This document shows, in pieces, positions 32,834 through 36,638 of a stretch of 36,638 bases of DNA; positions within the stretch are counted from its first letter, which is position 1, and the number at the start of each line of letters is the position of its first letter. The translations under genes and the position numbers were made by a program. This DNA comes from a bacterium (GTDB lineage Bacteria > Patescibacteriota > Minisyncoccia > UBA6257 > GWB1-50-10). Under the pieces are notes generated by a model that saw only the letters and a program-made list of their open reading frames with translations, had not been told where the DNA came from and did not search any database. Location of the stretch: NCBI GenBank assembly GCA_021825465.1, contig JAKAGX010000002.1:1-36638 (forward strand). The letters run 5' to 3'.

Positions 32834-33841
32834 ATGCCTAAAAATCAAGAAAAGACCAATGTCCCCGACGAAACGCAGAGCATTGAACAGCTCCTCCGCC
32901 CGCAGAGCTTCGCGGAATATGTCGGCCAGGAGAAGATCAAAGATCACCTGAGGCTCATCTTGTCGGCGGCAAAAGGCCGGCACGAAAGTTCGGACCATCT
33001 GCTTTTTTACGGGCAAGCGGGACTTGGAAAGACGACGCTCGCTTACATCATCGGACAAGAAATGGGCGTCGGCGTCAGATCGACATCCGGACCGGCTCTC
33101 GAAAAACCGGGGGACATTGCGGCCATCCTTTCAAACTTGGAGCCGAACGAAATTCTCTTCATCGACGAGATCCACCGCATCAATAAATTGGTCGAGGAAA
33201 TCTTTTACCCAGCCATGGAATCCCGAAAGCTCCATCTTGTGATCGGCAAGGGGCCGGCGGCAAAAACATTCACCTTGGACCTGCCCCCCTTCACCGTCAT
33301 CGGAGCAACCACGAAAGTGAACCTTCTTTCGGCGCCTCTCCGTTCCCGCTTCGGCGCAACATTCAGATTGGATTATTACCAAGACGACGATATTGAAAAG
33401 ATCATCAAGCGCTCCGCAAAGATATTGAACGTTGCGATAACCGACGGCGCCGTGCGCCTTCTCGCCGGAGCATCGCGGTTCACGCCCCGGGTCGCAAACC
33501 GACTCTTGAAACGCGCGCGCGACTATGCACAAGTGAAGGGGGTCCCGGAAATCGACGAAAACGTGGTACTGCGAACCCTTGAAATGCTCGAGATCGATCC
33601 TCGGGGACTTGAAAACGCGGATCGGGAGCTTTTGAACGTGATCATAACGAAATTCAGCGGCGGGCCGGTCGGTCTCAAAACGCTTGCGGCGTCCTTGAAC
33701 GACGAAATGGACACGATTGAGGAAGTATACGAACCGTTTCTCATGAAACTCGGTTTCCTGCAACGAACGCCTTCCGGAAGGGTAGCAACAAAGCTTGCCT
33801 ACGAGCACCTGGGACTCGAGAAAGAAAAGAAACTCTTGTGA
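32834..33841 (+). CDS. ruvB: Holliday junction branch migration DNA helicase RuvB
   Basis: 335 aa. Walker A is GQAGLGKTT and Walker B is LFIDEIHR. A sensor region and winged-helix C-terminus are present. Confidence 0.93.
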   Translation: MPKNQEKTNVPDETQSIEQLLRPQSFAEYVGQEKIKDHLRLILSAAKGRHESSDHLLFYGQAGLGKTTLAYIIGQEMGVGVRSTSGPALEKPGDIAAILSNLEPNEILFIDEIHRINKLVEEIFYPAMESRKLHLVIGKGPAAKTFTLDLPPFTVIGATTKVNLLSAPLRSRFGATFRLDYYQDDDIEKIIKRSAKILNVAITDGAVRLLAGASRFTPRVANRLLKRARDYAQVKGVPEIDENVVLRTLEMLEIDPRGLENADRELLNVIITKFSGGPVGLKTLAASLNDEMDTIEEVYEPFLMKLGFLQRTPSGRVATKLAYEHLGLEKEKKLL

Positions 33842-34287
33842 TCATCGAAGTTCGATCGAAAAACGAAACACTCGCGCTGGCAAAATTGTTCGCCGAGAGC
33901 ATATCCCCAAACGAGAAGGGGCCGCTCGTCATTGCGCTCGAGGGCGACCTCGGTGCCGGAAAAACCACGTTCATTAAAGGGCTTGCGCGCGGGCTGGGCA
34001 TCCGAAAAAACATCACAAGCCCAACTTTTCTTATGGTAAGAAGGTATGAAATCCCCCATCACCGAGGCGGCTTCAAAAATTTCTATCACGTCGATGCTTA
34101 TCGGATGAGCTCCGCGCGCGACCTTGAAACGACGGGGCTCGCCGACGCTCTTCGCGACAAGCGGAGCATCATTGCCGTTGAGTGGGCCGACCGCATCCGA
34201 AAAAACCTCCCGCGGAAAGTCATCCGCATCGCGATCGCCCATCAAAAAGAAAACGAGCGAACAATCCTATTCTCGACAAAAAAATGA
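33838..34287 (+). CDS. tsaE: tRNA threonylcarbamoyladenosine biosynthesis ATPase TsaE
   Basis: 149 aa. The P-loop is LEGDLGAGKTTFIKGLARGLG, and HVDAYR and VEWA are also present. Confidence 0.85.
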   Translation: MIIEVRSKNETLALAKLFAESISPNEKGPLVIALEGDLGAGKTTFIKGLARGLGIRKNITSPTFLMVRRYEIPHHRGGFKNFYHVDAYRMSSARDLETTGLADALRDKRSIIAVEWADRIRKNLPRKVIRIAIAHQKENERTILFSTKK

Positions 34288-36638
34288 AAGAATTACTCCT
34301 TATCGACGCCAACTCGCTGATCCACCGGGCATTTCACGCCCTTCCTCCGCTCACGTCGGACAGCGGTGCGCCATCGGGCGCGCTGTACGGGCTTTCCAGT
34401 ATTCTCCTGAAGACCCTCAAGGAGCAAAAACCGGACTATGTTGCGGCGGCATTTGATCGCCCCGAACCGACATTCAGGAAAGAAATGTTCGACGATTATA
34501 AAGGGACGAGACCGAAGGCGCCCGACGAACTCATATCCCAAATCATCGAAGCGAGGAAACTTTTCGAAACATTCGGAATAAGAACGTTCGAAAAGGCCGG
34601 CTTTGAAGCCGATGACATCATTGGAACTCTCGCCCGCCGGTTCGGAGCACATGAAGGACTTTCGGTCCGGATATTGACCGGCGACCTCGACACCCTTCAA
34701 TTGGTGCAAGGGAAAAAAGTGGTGGTCGAGATCCTCAAAAAAGGCGTCAGCGAGACCATTGTCTATGACGAGGGGGCTGTCCAGGAACGGTACGGCCTGA
34801 AGCCGGAATTTTTAGTCGATTACAAAGGCCTGGTCGGAGACAAATCGGACAACATCCCCGGCGTAAAAAATGTCGGACCAAAAACAGCGGAAAGGCTCCT
34901 TTTAAAATACGGCAGGCTCGAAGACGTCTTTTCGGCCAAAGCAAAAGACGATCCCGCCGCCCAAAAACTTCTCCCCTTCAAGAAAACGGCGTTCCTCTCA
35001 AAAGAACTCGCAACGATAAACGACCGTGTCCCGATTACGGCGGAACTATCGGACCTTACATTCGAATCTCTGCCAGTGGAAGATTTAAGAAACTACTTCC
35101 TTGCGTGGAATTTCGGGAGCCTTTCAAAACGCTTGGAGGGAAATCCCCTTCGGGAAAAAGAAAATCAAAACGGAACGGCGGACAGAGAAACGCTGAACGC
35201 GCTTTTTTTGTCTTCGTCGGCGGATTTGAACGAGACGACGCTCCAAACAAAAAATTTCGAGGTGGCTTGGGAATGGAAGCCGATCATAAAAGAGCTTCTT
35301 CAAGCCAAGAGAGGGGCTCCTCCGAACATTTTCGACATCTCAATCGCCTACTGGCTTCTCCACCCCGACACGGGCAAGATCTCAAAAGAGGAGGTTGCAA
35401 AAGAACTCCTCGGCAAGGACCGCACGGACGACTCCGACTGGCGGAATATCTTCGCCCTCCTTAAGGAAAAGGTCAAAAAGAACGGCCTTGAAAGGATTTT
35501 TTATGAAATCGAGATGCCGACCGTCGGAATCCTCGCAAAAATGGAGCTCGCGGGGATAAAAATAGACACCGCTTCGGCCCAGGACGTACTCGGCAACCTC
35601 GAGGGGGAGCTTAAAAAACTTGTCGAAGGAATTTACCGTGAGGCCGGCATTCCCTTTAACATCAATTCCCCGCGCGAAGTTTCCGGAATAGTTTTTGAAA
35701 AACTGGGGCTGCCGCCAGCAAAAAGGAAGAGGACCAAATCGGGGATCTTTTCGACGTCGTCCGAAATGATGTCTCATCTTCGGGGAACGAGGATCGTCGA
35801 TCTCATTTTAAGCTACCGGGAAGCGTTCAAAATGAAGTCGACCTACCTTGAGCCGATCATCCACATGACGGACGCCGACGGAAGGCTCCGAACGACCTTT
35901 CTGCAAACCGGCACAGCGACCGGAAGGATTGCTTCGGAAAAACCGAATCTCCAGAATATCCCCCAAGAATCCCTGTGGTCTGAAAAAATACGAAATGTAT
36001 TCGTGGCCGAAGAAGGGTGGAGTTTTGCCTCCTTTGATTATTCTCAGCTTGAGTTGCGGCTTTTGGCGCACGTTTCAAAGGACGCAAACCTCAAGGAGGC
36101 TTTTGCACGCGGGCAAGACATTCACGCCATGACCGCAGCGGAAGTCTTCGGAGTCCGCCCGGAATTGGTCACAAAAGAAGAGCGTCGAATCGGAAAAACA
36201 CTGAACTTCGGCGTCGTCTACGGCATGGGTCCCCGGGCATTCAGTGCGACATCCGACACAAGTCTCGTTGAAGCAGAGAAATTCATCGCAACATACTTCG
36301 AAAAATTTCCAGCCGTCCGCGCATGGCAAGAGGAAATTAAAAGATCGGTTGCCAAAGAAGGGTTTGTCCAGAACATCAACGGCCGGAAGCGGTGGTTCCC
36401 CGAACCGGCAAATAAAAGAATAGCCTCCGAGAACGAGCGGGCAGCCGTCAATATGACCATTCAAAGTCTCGGCGCGGATATTTTAAAGCAAGCCATGATC
36501 GCTTCCTCGAAGCTTATCAACGCATCGGAAAAGCTCCGGGGAAAGATAAGGATGCTCCTTACCATTCACGATGAATTGCTCTTTGAAATCCGCGATGATA
36601 TTCTAAAAGAAACCACAGCAAGCATCGCGGGCATTATG
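34284..36638 (+). CDS. polA: DNA polymerase I (5'-3' exonuclease plus polymerase domains), 3'-truncated by the window edge
   Basis: Absent from the ORF track because it has no stop codon. ATG 34284 overlaps the tsaE stop (ATGA). I translated the frame by hand and it is open for 785 codons to 36638. The 5'-nuclease motifs are LLLIDANSLIHRAF and GDKSDNIPGVKNVGPKTA. The polymerase motifs are RLRTTFLQTGTATGRIASEKPNLQNIP, DYSQLELRLLAH, RRIGKTLNFGVVYG and TIHDELLFE. Confidence 0.92.
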   Translation, partial: MKELLLIDANSLIHRAFHALPPLTSDSGAPSGALYGLSSILLKTLKEQKPDYVAAAFDRPEPTFRKEMFDDYKGTRPKAPDELISQIIEARKLFETFGIRTFEKAGFEADDIIGTLARRFGAHEGLSVRILTGDLDTLQLVQGKKVVVEILKKGVSETIVYDEGAVQERYGLKPEFLVDYKGLVGDKSDNIPGVKNVGPKTAERLLLKYGRLEDVFSAKAKDDPAAQKLLPFKKTAFLSKELATINDRVPITAELSDLTFESLPVEDLRNYFLAWNFGSLSKRLEGNPLREKENQNGTADRETLNALFLSSSADLNETTLQTKNFEVAWEWKPIIKELLQAKRGAPPNIFDISIAYWLLHPDTGKISKEEVAKELLGKDRTDDSDWRNIFALLKEKVKKNGLERIFYEIEMPTVGILAKMELAGIKIDTASAQDVLGNLEGELKKLVEGIYREAGIPFNINSPREVSGIVFEKLGLPPAKRKRTKSGIFSTSSEMMSHLRGTRIVDLILSYREAFKMKSTYLEPIIHMTDADGRLRTTFLQTGTATGRIASEKPNLQNIPQESLWSEKIRNVFVAEEGWSFASFDYSQLELRLLAHVSKDANLKEAFARGQDIHAMTAAEVFGVRPELVTKEERRIGKTLNFGVVYGMGPRAFSATSDTSLVEAEKFIATYFEKFPAVRAWQEEIKRSVAKEGFVQNINGRKRWFPEPANKRIASENERAAVNMTIQSLGADILKQAMIASSKLINASEKLRGKIRMLLTIHDELLFEIRDDILKETTASIAGIM

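Noticed and set aside
1-36638. CRISPR arrays, rRNA genes, prophage, transposase or integrase genes, and known defence-system operons.
   Set aside because: I scanned both strands for regularly spaced direct repeats and for nuclease, methylase, integrase or transposase motifs and found none. The only repeats are the tRNA-end duplications, the MITE-like element and the two-copy structured element described above.

Overview
The window is a gene-dense, mostly housekeeping bacterial segment. Its gene content is consistent with a small-genome Patescibacteria/CPR-like organism, but that assignment is an inference. Pointers are a membrane-anchored orphan family-5 solute-binding protein, an archaeal-type bifunctional PGI/PMI, a membrane-anchored Clp-type ATPase and many short intergenic regions.

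Coding content I can support:
- Transcription: an ECF sigma factor plus a truncated downstream membrane protein.
- Membrane and secretion: SecG, a DUF360 membrane protein, an SBP_bac_5 protein, an O-antigen-ligase-like protein, a lipoprotein and an orphan PilB/GspE-type ATPase.
- RNA metabolism: RNase J and a beta-CASP MBL hydrolase.
- Translation: TrpRS, IleRS, ArgRS, SmpB, IF-3, L35 (missing from the ORF track), L20 and S20.
- Cell wall and sugar metabolism: PGI/PMI, MurB, a phosphohexomutase and a MurE-like ligase.
- DNA replication and repair: RuvA, RuvB, HolA-like, and DNA polymerase I truncated at the right edge.
- Others: NUDIX hydrolase, TsaE, a TIGR00725/LOG-like protein and a two-ring Clp/Hsp100 ATPase.

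RNA genes found by hand are tRNA-Gly(UCC), tRNA-Leu(CAG), tRNA-Arg(CCG) and a complete tmRNA next to smpB. None of the four encodes its CCA end. I saw no rRNA, CRISPR array, transposase, integrase or recognisable defence operon.

Most interesting observations:
1. A ~165-nt structured element occurs twice. One copy abuts the 5' end of tmRNA. The other makes up the apparent N-terminal extension of IleRS. The two copies show compensatory and strand-specific G-U-compatible substitutions, and the architecture is rod-plus-bubble (6S-like).
2. A ~200-aa histidine-phosphatase (PGAM-like) domain with intact catalytic motifs is inserted inside IleRS.
3. A MITE-like insertion with perfect terminal inverted repeats and a 7-bp duplication sits exactly at the 5' end of tRNA-Leu.
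4. Three further long-stem intergenic elements of unknown identity are present.
5. A membrane-anchored Clp ATPase has a degenerate first Walker B motif.

All coordinates were counted by hand and may be off by 1-2 nt. No database or folding software was available.
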